This document shows, piece by piece, positions 1 to 10,808 of a DNA stretch of 64,000 nt; position 1 is the first letter of the stretch, and each line of letters begins with the position of its first letter. Source of the stretch: Rhodanobacteraceae bacterium. Lineage in GTDB: Bacteria > Pseudomonadota > Gammaproteobacteria > Xanthomonadales > Rhodanobacteraceae. The notes under the pieces are model-generated. The model worked only from the letters and a program-made list of their open reading frames with translations. It was not told the origin of the DNA and did not search any database. The stretch is from NCBI GenBank assembly GCA_016790075.1, contig JAEUPP010000061.1:8225-72224 (forward strand), written 5' to 3'. Position numbers and translations under genes: made by a program.

Positions 1-935
1 CCGGTGAAGCGGCTGGACAGGTCCACCGGGTCCCAGATCGCCTTGCCGTAGATCACCACCGTCGCCGAGGTCACGATGACCGACATCAGCGCGAGCAGGG
101 CCATCGGCAGCGGCAGGCCCAGGCTCTGGCCTATGGCCTGGTCACGCTGCGAGCGCGCGAACCGCGTGAAGTCGGGGATGTTCAGCGCCAGCGTCGCCCA
201 GAAGCCGACCATCGCGGTCAGCGAGGGCCAGAACACGACCCAGAACTGGCCGGCTTTTTCACCGCCCTCCACGAACTTCGACGGCATGGCCATCATGCTG
301 CCGAAGCCGCCCGCATGGGTCAGTGCCCAGCCAACGAGGAACAGGCACATCACGATCTTGATCGGCGCCGATACGGTTTCCAGCCAGCGGATCGACTCGG
401 TGCCGTGCACGACGAAGTAGAGCTGCAGCGCCCAGAACGCGAGGAAACACACAAGCTGCCCGGCGTTGATGCCGAGCAGCGGGATAGGATCGGCCTGCAA
501 CGCGTTGCCGGTGAGGATATTCAGCAGCGTGTACATGGCCAGCCCGCCGAACCAGGTCTGGATGCCGTACCAGCCGCAGGCGACGATGGCGCGCAACATG
601 GCAGGCAGCTTGGCTCCCTGCGTACCGAACGAGGAACGCACCAGCACTGCATACGGAATGCCGTATTTCGCACCGGCATGGCCGATCAGCAGCATGGGCA
701 ACAGCACGATTGCATTGCCCAGCAGCACCGTGGTGACCGCCTGCCACGGCGACATGCCCTGATCAATCAATCCCGCCGCCAGCGTATAGGACGGAATGCA
801 CATGACCATGCCGACCCAGAGCGCCGCAAAGTGATACCAGGCCCAGGTGCGCTGCGCCGCCGTCGTCGGTGCGAGGTCGGCGTTATAGAGCTCACCTTGC
901 GGGACGGCGGTATCGTGGTTGGACGTGGCGGTCAT
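1..935 (-). CDS. NCS1-family nucleobase:cation symporter (uracil/allantoin/hydantoin permease), 3' end runs off the left edge
   Basis: Manual translation (absent from the ORF track): MTATSNHDTAVPQGELYNADLAPTTAAQRTWAWYHFAALWVGMVMCIPSYTLAAGLIDQGMSPWQAV...GAKYGIPYAVLVRSSFG; AGGAG RBS upstream of ATG 935. Confidence 0.9.
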   Translation of the reverse strand, partial: MTATSNHDTAVPQGELYNADLAPTTAAQRTWAWYHFAALWVGMVMCIPSYTLAAGLIDQGMSPWQAVTTVLLGNAIVLLPMLLIGHAGAKYGIPYAVLVRSSFGTQGAKLPAMLRAIVACGWYGIQTWFGGLAMYTLLNILTGNALQADPIPLLGINAGQLVCFLAFWALQLYFVVHGTESIRWLETVSAPIKIVMCLFLVGWALTHAGGFGSMMAMPSKFVEGGEKAGQFWVVFWPSLTAMVGFWATLALNIPDFTRFARSQRDQAIGQSLGLPLPMALLALMSVIVTSATVVIYGKAIWDPVDLSSRFT

Positions 936-994
936 CGGCAGCTCCTGGCCATGAGGATGTATACGAATTCACGCGGCCAACCTGCGGAGCCTTT

Positions 995-1123
995 GTAGGG
1001 TGGGCTTTAGCCCACCATCGCACCCTATCCATCGCTGCGGATGGAAATCCAAGCGCAGCACAAGACAGCAATCACTGGCGCAGCAGATTGACCTTCATGA
1101 CGGTGGGCCAAGGCCCACCCTAC
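995..1123. repeat. GTAG-type REP doublet (REPIN-like)
   Basis: GTAGGGTGGGCTTTAGCCCACC at 995-1016 and inverted copy GGTGGGCCAAGGCCCACCCTAC at 1102-1123; each is a GTAG tetranucleotide plus an imperfect palindrome. Confidence 0.85.
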
Positions 1124-1127
1124 GCTT

Positions 1128-2399
1128 CTATACGCTTTCCACGACCCGCGCGGGATTGTTCGGATGCGTGGTCCAGTTCGCGTACCCGCCCTCGTCCACG
1201 CGCTGCATCGTGATGCAGTTGTCGACCGGGCATACGTGCATGCAAAGGTTGCAGCCCACGCATTCGCCATCGACGACCTCAAAGTGCCGTTTGCCGTCCT
1301 TCTCCTTGAGTATGGCCTGGTGCGCCGTGTCTTCACAGGCAATGTGGCATAAGCCACATTTGATACATTTATCCTGATCGATGCGCGCCTTGATGTCGTA
1401 CTTGAGGTTCAGGAATTTCCAGTCGGTCACATTGGGCACGGCCAACCCGCGGAAATCCTCCAGCGTGCGGTAACCCTTCTGGTCCATCCAGTTGGCCAGT
1501 CCGGCAATCATGTCATCGACGATACGGAAGCCGTAATGCATGGCCGCCGTGCAGACCTGCACATTGCCGGCACCGAGTGCCATGAATTCAGCCGCATCCC
1601 GCCAGGTGCCAATGCCGCCTATCGCCGAGATCGGCAGGTTCGGTGTCTCCCTGTCGCGCGCGATCTCGGCCACCATGTTCAGGGCGATGGGCTTGACCGC
1701 CGGCCCGCAGTAGCCACCATGCGTGCCCTTGCCGTCGACGGTCGGTGTCGGCGCCATCAGATCCAGATCGACGGAGACGATGGAATTGATGGTATTGATC
1801 AGCGACACCGCATCCGCACCGCCACGGAACGCCGCGCGTGCCGAATGCCGGATATCGGTGATGTTCGGCGTGAGCTTGACGATGCAGGGCAGGCGCGAAT
1901 GCTGCTTGACCCAGCGCGCGACCTGCTCGACGTATTCGGGCACCTGCCCCACGGCCGACCCCATGCCGCGCTCGGACATGCCGTGCGGGCAGCCGAAGTT
2001 CAGCTCGACCGCATCACAACCCGTGTCTTCGACCATGGGCAGTATCGTTTTCCACGACTGCTCATCACAGGGCACCATCAGCGACACGACCATGGCGCGG
2101 TCCGGCCAGTCGCGCTTGATCTGGCGGATTTCGTCGAGATTGACCTGCAACGGCCGATCCGTAATGAGCTCGATGTTGTTGAGGCCTGCAATGCGCTGGC
2201 CGTTCCATTGCACCGCGCCATAACGCGAGCTCACATTGACCACGTGTGGATCAAGACCCAATGTCTTCCACACCACGCCACCCCAACCCGCTTCAAATGC
2301 CCGGTTGACGTTGTAGGCCTTGTCAGTCGGCGGAGCGGAGGCCAGCCAGAACGGATTCGGCGAACGTACGCCGACGAAGTTGTTGCGCAGGTCTGCCAT
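1128..2399 (-). CDS. preA: NAD-dependent dihydropyrimidine dehydrogenase subunit PreA
   Basis: SPNPFWLASAPPT, ELNFGCPHGMSERGMG, GGYCGPAVKP and a C-terminal 2x[4Fe-4S] motif (CIKCGLC...CVGCNLC); start at MADLRNN. Confidence 0.95.
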   Translation of the reverse strand: MADLRNNFVGVRSPNPFWLASAPPTDKAYNVNRAFEAGWGGVVWKTLGLDPHVVNVSSRYGAVQWNGQRIAGLNNIELITDRPLQVNLDEIRQIKRDWPDRAMVVSLMVPCDEQSWKTILPMVEDTGCDAVELNFGCPHGMSERGMGSAVGQVPEYVEQVARWVKQHSRLPCIVKLTPNITDIRHSARAAFRGGADAVSLINTINSIVSVDLDLMAPTPTVDGKGTHGGYCGPAVKPIALNMVAEIARDRETPNLPISAIGGIGTWRDAAEFMALGAGNVQVCTAAMHYGFRIVDDMIAGLANWMDQKGYRTLEDFRGLAVPNVTDWKFLNLKYDIKARIDQDKCIKCGLCHIACEDTAHQAILKEKDGKRHFEVVDGECVGCNLCMHVCPVDNCITMQRVDEGGYANWTTHPNNPARVVESV

Positions 2400-2400
2400 C

Positions 2401-3768
2401 TCAGTTCTCCGATTTGCCGTTGCTGAGCAGGCGCGCATGGATGGAGCGCGCGGCGCGTTTGCCGTCCTCGACCGCCTGCACGGTCAGATCGACCTTGCCG
2501 CCTACGCAGTCGCCGCCGGCCCAGACGCCGGGGACCGAGGTCTCAAACTCGGCATTGACGACGATGCGGCCGTTGCGGGTTTCGATCAGGTTGCTGCCAT
2601 CACCGTCCGCGCGAGGCGCGAGCAAGCTCTGGCCTATGGCCTTGAGCACGCTGTCGGCCGCGAGCGTGAAGTAGTCGCCACTACCGAGCAGACGGCCGGT
2701 CTCGTCGAGCTGGGTGTATTCAAATTCGATGGCGCTGACCGCGCCCTCTCCCAATATGCGGCGCGGCTGCGCCCATTCGATCACGGCAACACCCTGGGTC
2801 TTGGCGAACTCCTGCTCGGCCCAGGTGGCGCTCATGCTCGCACTGCCGCGGCGGTACACCAGGGTGACGGATTCAGCACCGAGCTTCTTGCTCTGCACCG
2901 CTGCATCAATCGCGGTATTGCCGCCACCGATCACGACGACGCGGCGCCCCACCGGCAGCTGCGCGAAGTCATCGCATTGCCGCAGCTCAGCGATGAAGTC
3001 GACGGCATTGCGTACGCCGGCCAAGGTTTCGCCGGCAATACCGAGGGCGTTGACGCCGCCAAGGCCCAAGCCCAGAAACACCGCGTCGTAGTCCCGGCGC
3101 AGTTCTGCGAGATCCAGGTTTTCGCCGAGTACACGCTGACCTTCCCAACGCATGCCGCCCAGCGACAGCAGCCAGGCAATTTCGCGTGCGGCAAATTCAA
3201 GCACCTTGTACTCGGCGATGCCGTATTCGTTGAGCCCGCCGGGTTTGGGCCGCGCATCGAAGATAACGACCTCATGCCCCGCACGCGCCAGCGCATGGGC
3301 ACAGGACAGGCCGGCAGGGCCGGCGCCGACTACCGCAACGCGCTTGCCGGTCGCCGGGGCACGCTCGAACAACGTGGTGTCAGTCTCGAACACCCAGTCG
3401 GTCGCATAACGCTGCAGCGCACCGATCTGCACCGGCTGCGACTCGGCCGTATTGCGCACGCAACTGCCTTCACAAAGGATCTCAGTAGGACATACACGGG
3501 CACACATGCCGCCGAGCACGTTGGCCCCGAGTATGTCCAGTGCCGCGCCACGCAGATTGTCGGTCGTGATGCGGCGGATAAAGCTCGGGATATCGATGCC
3601 GGTCGGACAGGCCTGTATGCAGGGCGCGTCGTAGCAGTAGTAGCAGCGCTGTGCCGCGATCAGGGCGCTCTGACGGTCCAGCGGCGGCGCAACATCATCG
3701 AAATTCCGCGCGAGTTGCCCGGAGGACAGGCGTCCTGCGGCAATGTCAGCGTGTTCTTTGCGGCTCAT
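2401..3768 (-). CDS. preT: Dihydropyrimidine dehydrogenase subunit PreT (GltD-like FAD/Fe-S oxidoreductase)
   Basis: RCYYCYDAPCIQACPTGIDIP, VAVVGAGPAGLSCA, VVVIGGGNTAID; adjacent to preA; start MSRKEH after CAGGAG. Confidence 0.92.
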   Translation of the reverse strand: MSRKEHADIAAGRLSSGQLARNFDDVAPPLDRQSALIAAQRCYYCYDAPCIQACPTGIDIPSFIRRITTDNLRGAALDILGANVLGGMCARVCPTEILCEGSCVRNTAESQPVQIGALQRYATDWVFETDTTLFERAPATGKRVAVVGAGPAGLSCAHALARAGHEVVIFDARPKPGGLNEYGIAEYKVLEFAAREIAWLLSLGGMRWEGQRVLGENLDLAELRRDYDAVFLGLGLGGVNALGIAGETLAGVRNAVDFIAELRQCDDFAQLPVGRRVVVIGGGNTAIDAAVQSKKLGAESVTLVYRRGSASMSATWAEQEFAKTQGVAVIEWAQPRRILGEGAVSAIEFEYTQLDETGRLLGSGDYFTLAADSVLKAIGQSLLAPRADGDGSNLIETRNGRIVVNAEFETSVPGVWAGGDCVGGKVDLTVQAVEDGKRAARSIHARLLSNGKSEN

Positions 3769-4062
3769 TCGTACTCCTGGGGGCGCCTGGGAGGAAATCA
3801 GGATGGGGCACGCCCGCCGCCACGAGGGACGAACGAAAGGCGTGCGCTGGCGGTGCAAGGGTTGGGACGGAACCTGCAGGCGGCCCTTGCACCTGCGCAA
3901 CGCGCCCGAACGAGCGGGCTCACATCCCACCTGCTTTTTGTAGACGGATTGGGGCGTGGGTGCAAGCGGGGCTGCACTAGTACGCGACGCGCGTCGTAGC
4001 CCGTTGCCCCATGCGCAGCGACCGGCCGGATGCAGATACCAACGCCCGCACCTGCGGCATTT

Positions 4063-4596
4063 CTAGAGAGCCGGACAGTTCGCGAGATGAGTTGCCTCGT
4101 ATCGCACGCAGGACCGGTCCAGATGCGGCCGGTACTCGTCGAGCAGATGGGATTCGGCAAAGATCTTGTAAAAGGCACTGTCCACACTTTGCAGCACCAC
4201 GCTGCAGTGCGCGGCGAGGTACTCATCACGTCGTGCATGAGCGTAGTAGTTCTGCAACCAGGCTCGTGCATCCGTGACCGGCTGGCGCAAGCCAAACAAC
4301 GATGCCCAATCGCTCGAAACCCAGCCGGCCTGATCAGGGAAAAAAGCTGCATCGACGACATAGCCAAATTCATGTACGCCGTTCCAGCTACGCTCCTCGA
4401 CCGGGCGAACCAAGCTTTCAAACGTGGCGATACGCGCGACAACGACAGGATCATCGTCAGCGCAATCATCGAGCCATTCAAACGGATACCTGAAGCTGCT
4501 TGGCAACGCGAGCCAAGTCAGATCAGCCAAGTGCGCGAATACCGGCGCGAACACCTCCGCGAACCGCTGCGGTGAATAGATGCGGAAGCCTTGCAT
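4063..4596 (-). CDS. Hypothetical protein (177 aa) inside the pyrimidine operon
   Basis: Co-oriented ORF filling the gap between the amidohydrolase and preT; protein-like aromatic/acidic composition; no motif recognised. Confidence 0.65.
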   Translation of the reverse strand: MQGFRIYSPQRFAEVFAPVFAHLADLTWLALPSSFRYPFEWLDDCADDDPVVVARIATFESLVRPVEERSWNGVHEFGYVVDAAFFPDQAGWVSSDWASLFGLRQPVTDARAWLQNYYAHARRDEYLAAHCSVVLQSVDSAFYKIFAESHLLDEYRPHLDRSCVRYEATHLANCPAL

Positions 4597-4638
4597 GAAG
4601 TTTCGCCCTGCCCGCCAAACAACGTCAGTTCGGACGGT

Positions 4639-5898
4639 CTAACCCGCCCGCTCCAGCATCGCCTGCAACAATACATTCGCCCCTGCTTCTATCCACTCCG
4701 GCGTCGCGTCTTCGATTTCGTTGTGGCTGATGCCGCCGATGCAGGGCACGAAGACCATGGCGGTCGGCGCGACCTGAGCCAGATAACAGGCATCGTGGCC
4801 GGCGCCGGAAACGATATCGCGATGTGAATACCCCAGGCGTTCGGCTGCGGCGCGTACCGAGTTCACGCAGTCGGCATCAAACGCCACCGGGGAGTAGTAG
4901 AAGATCTGTTCCAGCTTGGCTACCTCGACCTTGGCTTCGTTCGCTGCAGCGGCGATACCAGCACGCAGCTCGGCATCCATCTGTGCCAGCACGGCGTCTT
5001 CGGGGTGGCGCAGATCTACCGTAAAGAACACACGGCCCGGGATCACGTTGCGAGAGTTCGGATGCACCTGCAGCATGCCTACCGTCGCACAGGCATAGGG
5101 CGCGTACTTATGGCCGATCGCGTTGACCAGCTGTATCACCTTGGCCGCTCCCAGCAGCGCATCCCGGCGCCGCGGCATCGGCGTGGGGCCGGCATGGGAT
5201 TCCTGTCCGGTCAGCACGACTTCGTACCAGCGCTGGCCCTGCGCCGCATGCACCACGCCTATGGTCGTGGCTTCGGTTTCGAGTATCGGCCCCTGTTCGA
5301 TATGCAGCTCGAACGCCGCGTGGATGGGACGGCCGCCGACCGGAAGATCTCCTGCATAACCAATGCGCTCGAGTTCCTCGCCCATGGTCTTGCCATCGAC
5401 ATCCGCGCGCGAGAGACCGTATTCCAGCGAGAACACGCCGGCAAATACGCCGGAGGACACCATGGCCGGCGCGAAGCGTGAGCCTTCTTCGTTGGTCCAG
5501 ATCACGACCTCGATAGCCCGGCGCGTGACGATGCCGTGATCGTTGAGTGTACGTATGACTTCAAGCCCGCCGAGCACACCGTAGATGCCGTCGAACCTGC
5601 CGCCGGTGGGCTGCGAGTCCGCATGCGAGCCGGTGATCACCGGCGCCAGGCTGTCGTCGCTGCCGGCGCGGCGCGCGAATACATTGCCCATCCTGTCGAC
5701 GCTGATCGTGCAGCCGGCTTCCTTGGCCCAGCGCACGAACAGATCGCGGCCCTGCTTGTCGAGATCGGTCAACGCGAGGCGGCAGACGCCGCCCTTGGGT
5801 GTCGCACCGATCTGGGCCATTTCCATCAGGCTGTCCCAGAGGCGGCGGCCATTGATGCGGGCTACAGCGGCAGCTTCAGGCTTGAGAACGGCACTCAT
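4639..5898 (-). CDS. Zn-dependent M20 amidohydrolase (N-carbamoyl-beta-alanine amidohydrolase / beta-ureidopropionase, HyuC/AmaB-like)
   Basis: GSHADSQPTGGRFDG, WTNEEGSRF, ELHIEQGP, SGAGHDA, SHNEIE motifs; operon context. Confidence 0.92.
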   Translation of the reverse strand: MSAVLKPEAAAVARINGRRLWDSLMEMAQIGATPKGGVCRLALTDLDKQGRDLFVRWAKEAGCTISVDRMGNVFARRAGSDDSLAPVITGSHADSQPTGGRFDGIYGVLGGLEVIRTLNDHGIVTRRAIEVVIWTNEEGSRFAPAMVSSGVFAGVFSLEYGLSRADVDGKTMGEELERIGYAGDLPVGGRPIHAAFELHIEQGPILETEATTIGVVHAAQGQRWYEVVLTGQESHAGPTPMPRRRDALLGAAKVIQLVNAIGHKYAPYACATVGMLQVHPNSRNVIPGRVFFTVDLRHPEDAVLAQMDAELRAGIAAAANEAKVEVAKLEQIFYYSPVAFDADCVNSVRAAAERLGYSHRDIVSGAGHDACYLAQVAPTAMVFVPCIGGISHNEIEDATPEWIEAGANVLLQAMLERAG

Positions 5899-5982
5899 GG
5901 CGGACTCCAGTTACCAATAGGCAAATGACTTCAGACACTTTTAACAAATAAACAAAATTCAAGAACCACACGAACTGTCTTC

Positions 5983-7485
5983 TCAGGTGTGCGGCATGAC
6001 GAATTGTGCACCGGCACGGATACTGGTCGGCCAGCGTGTGGTCACGGTCTTGAGCCGCGTGTAGAAGCGCACACCTTCCGGACCGTAGACATGGTGATCG
6101 CCGAACAGCGAGGCTTTCCAGCCGCCGAAGCTGTGGAAGGCCATGGGCACCGGAATCGGCACATTGATGCCGACCATGCCGATCTGCACGCGCTGGGTGA
6201 AATCACGCGCCGCATCGCCGTCACGCGTGAACAGCGCAACACCGTTGCCGTATTCGTGGGCGTTGACCAGCGCCAGGGCTTCGTCATAGCTCGCTACGCG
6301 CATCAGCGACAGCACGGGGCCGAAGATTTCCTCGCGATAGATGCGCATCTCGGGGCGCACGTGGTCGAACAGGCAACCGCCGAGGAAGAAACCCTCTTCG
6401 CAGCCCTCGACGCGGTGGCCGCGGCCGTCGACCCGCAGTTCGGCGCCTTCGCGCACACCGATATCGACATAGTCCTTGACCTTGTCGCGGTGCTGGCGCG
6501 TGATCAATGGCCCCATATCCATGCCCGGCTCATCGCCACGGCCAATCTTGAGCGCGGCTACCCGTGGCGCGAGTTTCGCGATCAGCTTGTCCGCCGTGTC
6601 ATCACCGACAGCGACCGCGACCGAGATCGCCATGCAGCGTTCGCCGGCCGAGCCATAACCCGCGCCAAGCAGCGCGTCGGCGGCCTGGTCGAGATCCGCG
6701 TCGGGCAGTATGACCATGTGGTTCTTGGCCCCACCCAGGGCCTGCACGCGCTTGCCCGCCGCACAGCCGGTCGCATAGATATAGCGCGCAATCGCTGTGG
6801 AGCCGACGAAGCTCACCGCGGCAATGTCCGGATGGGCGAGGATCGCATCGACCGCGACCTTGTCACCTTGCACCACGTTGAACACACCGGCCGGCAAACC
6901 GGCCTCGGCCAGCCAGTCCGCCAGCAGCAGTGAAGGCGAGGGATCGCGCTCGGAGGGTTTCAAGACGAAACAGTTGCCGCAGGCAATCGCGAGGGGAAAC
7001 ATCCATAGCGGCACCATGGCCGGGAAATTGAACGGCGTAATGCCGGCGACGACGCCGAGCGGCTGGCGCAGGCTGTGCGAATCGACCGCGGCGCCGACGT
7101 TCTCGGTGACCTCACCCTTGAGCAGCTGTGGAATGCCACAGGCGAACTCGACGACTTCGATGCCGCGCTGCACTTCGCCCAGCGCGTCACTGTGCGTTTT
7201 GCCATGCTCAGCGGTGATCGCTGCCGCGAGCTCATCGGCGCGTTGCTCGATGATCTCGCGCAGCTTGAACAGTACGCGCGCGCGCTTGAGCGGCGGTGTC
7301 TGCGACCAGGCCGGAAAAGCCGCCTTGGCCGCCTGCACCGCGGCATCGACCTCCTGCGGTGTGGCCAGCGGCAGGCGGCCGGTCTGTTCGCCCGTGGCCG
7401 GGTTGTACACCGGACTCGTGCGCGCCTCGTCAGCGCTGCAGCGCTGTCCGGCGATGTAGTGCGGAATGATGACGGGGGCCAACAT
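5983..7485 (-). CDS. mmsA: CoA-acylating (methyl)malonate-semialdehyde dehydrogenase
   Basis: [54 protein letters not shown]; AAGGAG RBS. Confidence 0.95.
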   Translation of the reverse strand: MLAPVIIPHYIAGQRCSADEARTSPVYNPATGEQTGRLPLATPQEVDAAVQAAKAAFPAWSQTPPLKRARVLFKLREIIEQRADELAAAITAEHGKTHSDALGEVQRGIEVVEFACGIPQLLKGEVTENVGAAVDSHSLRQPLGVVAGITPFNFPAMVPLWMFPLAIACGNCFVLKPSERDPSPSLLLADWLAEAGLPAGVFNVVQGDKVAVDAILAHPDIAAVSFVGSTAIARYIYATGCAAGKRVQALGGAKNHMVILPDADLDQAADALLGAGYGSAGERCMAISVAVAVGDDTADKLIAKLAPRVAALKIGRGDEPGMDMGPLITRQHRDKVKDYVDIGVREGAELRVDGRGHRVEGCEEGFFLGGCLFDHVRPEMRIYREEIFGPVLSLMRVASYDEALALVNAHEYGNGVALFTRDGDAARDFTQRVQIGMVGINVPIPVPMAFHSFGGWKASLFGDHHVYGPEGVRFYTRLKTVTTRWPTSIRAGAQFVMPHT

Positions 7486-7517
7486 GATGTTCTCCTTGCG
7501 GCACGCGGACGCGCTAG

Positions 7518-8873
7518 TCAGGCCACCGCGCGTATGCACGCGCGCACGCCTTCGATCATTTGTTCGAGCTCCGTGTCGGTCGTGATGACCGGCGGCGCCA
7601 TGGCAATCGTATCGCCGGTGAAGCGCAGCAGCAGGCCGCGCTTCAGCCCTTCCTCGAACAGGCGCAGGCCGCGCAGTCCGACCTGGCCCTGCAAGGGCGA
7701 CAGTTCAACCGCGGCCGCAGCGCCGCAGTTGCGGATATCGATAACGTTAGGCTCGCCCTTGAGGCTGTGCACGGCGTCTTCGATCTTGCGGCCAAGCTCG
7801 GCGAAACGCTGCGGCACGGCGTCGGCGTGCAGGATATCGAGCGTCGCATGCGCAGCGGCGACCGCCAGCGCATGCGCGGAATAGGTGTAACCGTGGAATA
7901 GTTCCACCATGTAGTCCGGGCCCTGCATGAAGGCCGCATAGACCGCGTCGGTAGCGATCACCCCGCCCATGGGCACAGTGCCGTTGTTGACACATTTGGC
8001 GAAGGTGATCAGATCCGGCGTCGCGCCGAACGCCTGCGCGCCAAACCATTCGCCCATACGGCCGAAACCGCAGATGACTTCATCGAAAATGAGCAGGATG
8101 CCATGCTTGGTGCAGATCTCGCGCAGGCGCGTGAGATAACCCAGCGGCGGCACGACCACGCCGACCGAGCCCTGCATGGGTTCGACGATGACCGCCGCGA
8201 TCGTCGAGGCATCGTGCAGTGCCACCAGGCGTTCAAGCTCGTCGGCGAGGTGCGCGCCCCAGCTTGGCTGACCGCGCGAGAACGCCATTTCCTTGAGATT
8301 GTGCGTATGCGGCAGATGGTCGACGCCAGGCAACATCAGCGGCGCGAACATCTTGCGGTTGGCGACCATGCCGCCGGCAGAAATGCCCGCGATGCCGACG
8401 CCGTGATAACCCTTCTCGCGGCCGATGATGCGCGTACGCGAAGCCTCGCCGCGCAGCCGGTGATAGGCAATCGCGATCTTGACCGCGGTATCGACGGCTT
8501 CAGAGCCCGAATTGGTGAAGAACACGCGGTTGAGATCGCCCGGCGCCACCTCGGCGATGCGTTCGGCGAGGCGGAAGGTATCGGGGCTGGCGACCTGGAA
8601 CGCGGGGATATAGTCGGCGCGGTCGAGCTGGGCCTTGACCGCCTCGACGATACGCGGGTCGCGATGGCCCAGTGAAGAGCACCAGAGACCGGACAGACAA
8701 TCGAACAGACGCTGACCTTCAACGGTGGTGTAGTAGGCGCCTTCCGCGCCGACGAGCAGGCGGTCCAGCGGCCTGTGCTGCTTGAAATAACGGTTGTGCG
8801 TGAACGGCATCCAGTACGGATCGAGGTTCAACGCAGACTCGGAGGCTGCCGTTGCGGTCGCGGCGAAATTCAT
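7518..8873 (-). CDS. Class III PLP aminotransferase (beta-alanine:pyruvate / omega-amino acid transaminase)
   Basis: [61 protein letters not shown]; start MNFAAT. Confidence 0.92.
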   Translation of the reverse strand: MNFAATATAASESALNLDPYWMPFTHNRYFKQHRPLDRLLVGAEGAYYTTVEGQRLFDCLSGLWCSSLGHRDPRIVEAVKAQLDRADYIPAFQVASPDTFRLAERIAEVAPGDLNRVFFTNSGSEAVDTAVKIAIAYHRLRGEASRTRIIGREKGYHGVGIAGISAGGMVANRKMFAPLMLPGVDHLPHTHNLKEMAFSRGQPSWGAHLADELERLVALHDASTIAAVIVEPMQGSVGVVVPPLGYLTRLREICTKHGILLIFDEVICGFGRMGEWFGAQAFGATPDLITFAKCVNNGTVPMGGVIATDAVYAAFMQGPDYMVELFHGYTYSAHALAVAAAHATLDILHADAVPQRFAELGRKIEDAVHSLKGEPNVIDIRNCGAAAAVELSPLQGQVGLRGLRLFEEGLKRGLLLRFTGDTIAMAPPVITTDTELEQMIEGVRACIRAVA

Positions 8874-8908
8874 GCGGATTCGGTCCTGAGTTCGTGCGGG
8901 CGAGCCGG

Positions 8909-8929
8909 ATGGTGCCTCATCGGCACCAT
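8909..8929. promoter_or_regulatory. Inverted repeat upstream of the pyrimidine operon (possible operator)
   Basis: ATGGTGCC-tcatc-GGCACCAT; function is inferred from position only. Confidence 0.3.
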
Positions 8930-9228
8930 TTCCGTCTGCGCACCGTCGTTTTACGTGTATACCTTGCCGCAAGAAACGGTAACGCGGTTCCTGCGGCGGC
9001 CGCATCGGACCAGGAGGCCGCGCGGGGAAAACCTGATGCACTGCGGACTGCCTGCCACAGCGCAGCCGGCGAGACCGTTTCGCCGACCGGACGGCGAGGG
9101 TTGCACTACGCGTGGCCGGATGCAAGCGGCGACGCAGCGCCCGGCCGCGCATCTGCCGGCACCGGGCGGTGTCCTCCAACGGCCCGACTTCGCGCTTACC
9201 GGATCCAGTACAACGCGAAAGGAACGAA

Positions 9229-10740
9229 ATCGAGCATATTCTGCTCGCACTGCTGCTGTATGTCGTCGGCGCGCTGATCCCTGCTGCAGCCATCGCTGAG
9301 GACGTAGTCCGTGACCCGCAGTTCCACGCTGGCCATTTTCTGGTCGACACGTTTGGCGGCGGTATCGGCCAGTTCGACCGCGGCCAGCGCCTGCTCGAGC
9401 TGCCCGGCGGCGACCTGGTAGTTGCCGCTGTGGTTCGGCATCCGGACTCCGGCAGGTACACCGTCGGCCTGGCGCGCTATGCAGCCGATGGCTCGCCGCG
9501 CGAATGGCTTGTGCCCAGTCATCCGTTTGGAGCCGGCAAGTCGTACGTCATCCACACGTCACCGAGCAGAGATCGCTACGACGTGAAATACATCCGCGAC
9601 TTCAAGTTGTGGAAAGACGTGCTGTACCTGCTGATCAGCGCAGACATCAAGCCGCGGCTGCCCCGCGGAGCGCCCGAACCGTTCGAGAAGGCCGACCAGG
9701 TGTACGTGCTCGCGTTCGAGGTCAGCGGCAAGTTCCTGCAGGAGAACCCGATCCGCGGCGTCCCAGCCGACCCCTACGCCCCCGCGCTGTTCGCGGCCGG
9801 CGGGATCGCGCTCTACACGCCCGACCTGACCTCACTTTCCCCGGCGCTGCACCTGGCCTATAGCGGCACGGCGTACGCCGGCCAGGCGCGCGCCGAGTAC
9901 GCTCGCTACGCCGTGGATAGCACCGGCACCCTGAGCGAGATCGTCGCGCCGACAGCCGTCGATCCGGCCGGCCTCTGTGGCGCCCCGACAGACTGCGAGT
10001 TCCGTGCTATCGGACTGGGCGGCCGGCCGTCGCCAGACCAGCCGCCACGCATCTATCTCGGCGGCTGGCTCAAGCCGGCTGGCGACACCGCAGACTTCCT
10101 TGCAGTGCAGGTGGACGCGGACGGCGTCCCGGCACCCAGCTTCGGCAGCGGTGGCGCGACCATCGTGGACTTTCCGGCTTCGCCGCTGCCGGAAGAGTTT
10201 GGCCGGCTGCTGACAGTCGTCGCCGGCAGTGGCAAAGCGGAGCCTGAAACCATCTATCTTGCCGGAGAGATCAACGGCACCTGCGCCCGCGGGGCAGGCA
10301 TCGTGAAGCTGTCCGCCGACGGCTCCGTTGATCCGCTGTTCGGCGTCGACGGCCGGGGCCGTTGGTTTTCCCCCGACGCCTCGTCGCCGGATGGACCCGA
10401 ATGCCTGGGGTCCGGCAACCTGATCCGGCTGCGTGGCGGCGTAGTGCTGGACGGCGATCGCCTGGTATTCGCCGGGTTGCGCGAACGCGGCGTTACCTGG
10501 CCCGCCACAGGCGTCGAGTCGGACGCGCTGCTGACATCGATCGACCGGCGCAGCGGCGAGGTCAAGGCCAAGGGGCTGGTGTCTTACGAGGCTGGCGCCA
10601 GGACACGCGACTCCGGATTGACGGACCTGATCACCACCAGGCAAGGCGCCTACATCGCCACCGGTTCCATCCGTGTTCCCCTGTGGTCGATCCCGGCAGG
10701 GACCTCTCAAGTCGCCACGGTGGCCCTCAAGATGAACTGA
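9229..10740 (+). CDS. Secreted beta-rich protein with delta-60-like repeats (start codon uncertain)
   Basis: Hydrophobic leader HILLALLLYVVGALIPAAAIA; repeated ...DADGVPAPSFGSGG... and ...KLSADGSVDPLFGVDG... segments. Confidence 0.7.
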   Translation: MEHILLALLLYVVGALIPAAAIAEDVVRDPQFHAGHFLVDTFGGGIGQFDRGQRLLELPGGDLVVAAVVRHPDSGRYTVGLARYAADGSPREWLVPSHPFGAGKSYVIHTSPSRDRYDVKYIRDFKLWKDVLYLLISADIKPRLPRGAPEPFEKADQVYVLAFEVSGKFLQENPIRGVPADPYAPALFAAGGIALYTPDLTSLSPALHLAYSGTAYAGQARAEYARYAVDSTGTLSEIVAPTAVDPAGLCGAPTDCEFRAIGLGGRPSPDQPPRIYLGGWLKPAGDTADFLAVQVDADGVPAPSFGSGGATIVDFPASPLPEEFGRLLTVVAGSGKAEPETIYLAGEINGTCARGAGIVKLSADGSVDPLFGVDGRGRWFSPDASSPDGPECLGSGNLIRLRGGVVLDGDRLVFAGLRERGVTWPATGVESDALLTSIDRRSGEVKAKGLVSYEAGARTRDSGLTDLITTRQGAYIATGSIRVPLWSIPAGTSQVATVALKMN

Positions 10741-10808
10741 GCCAGGACCTGCGCCGCCAGAAGGCCTGCATGGTACGGTTTGCGCCCGTTTCCGATACCG
10801 GCCTCGCC

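Noticed and set aside
10362-10808. N-terminal extensions given by the ORF track for codA (also hipA, the aminotransferase, purH and the MFS permease)
   Set aside because: They overlap neighbouring genes or lack family similarity; downstream starts fit better
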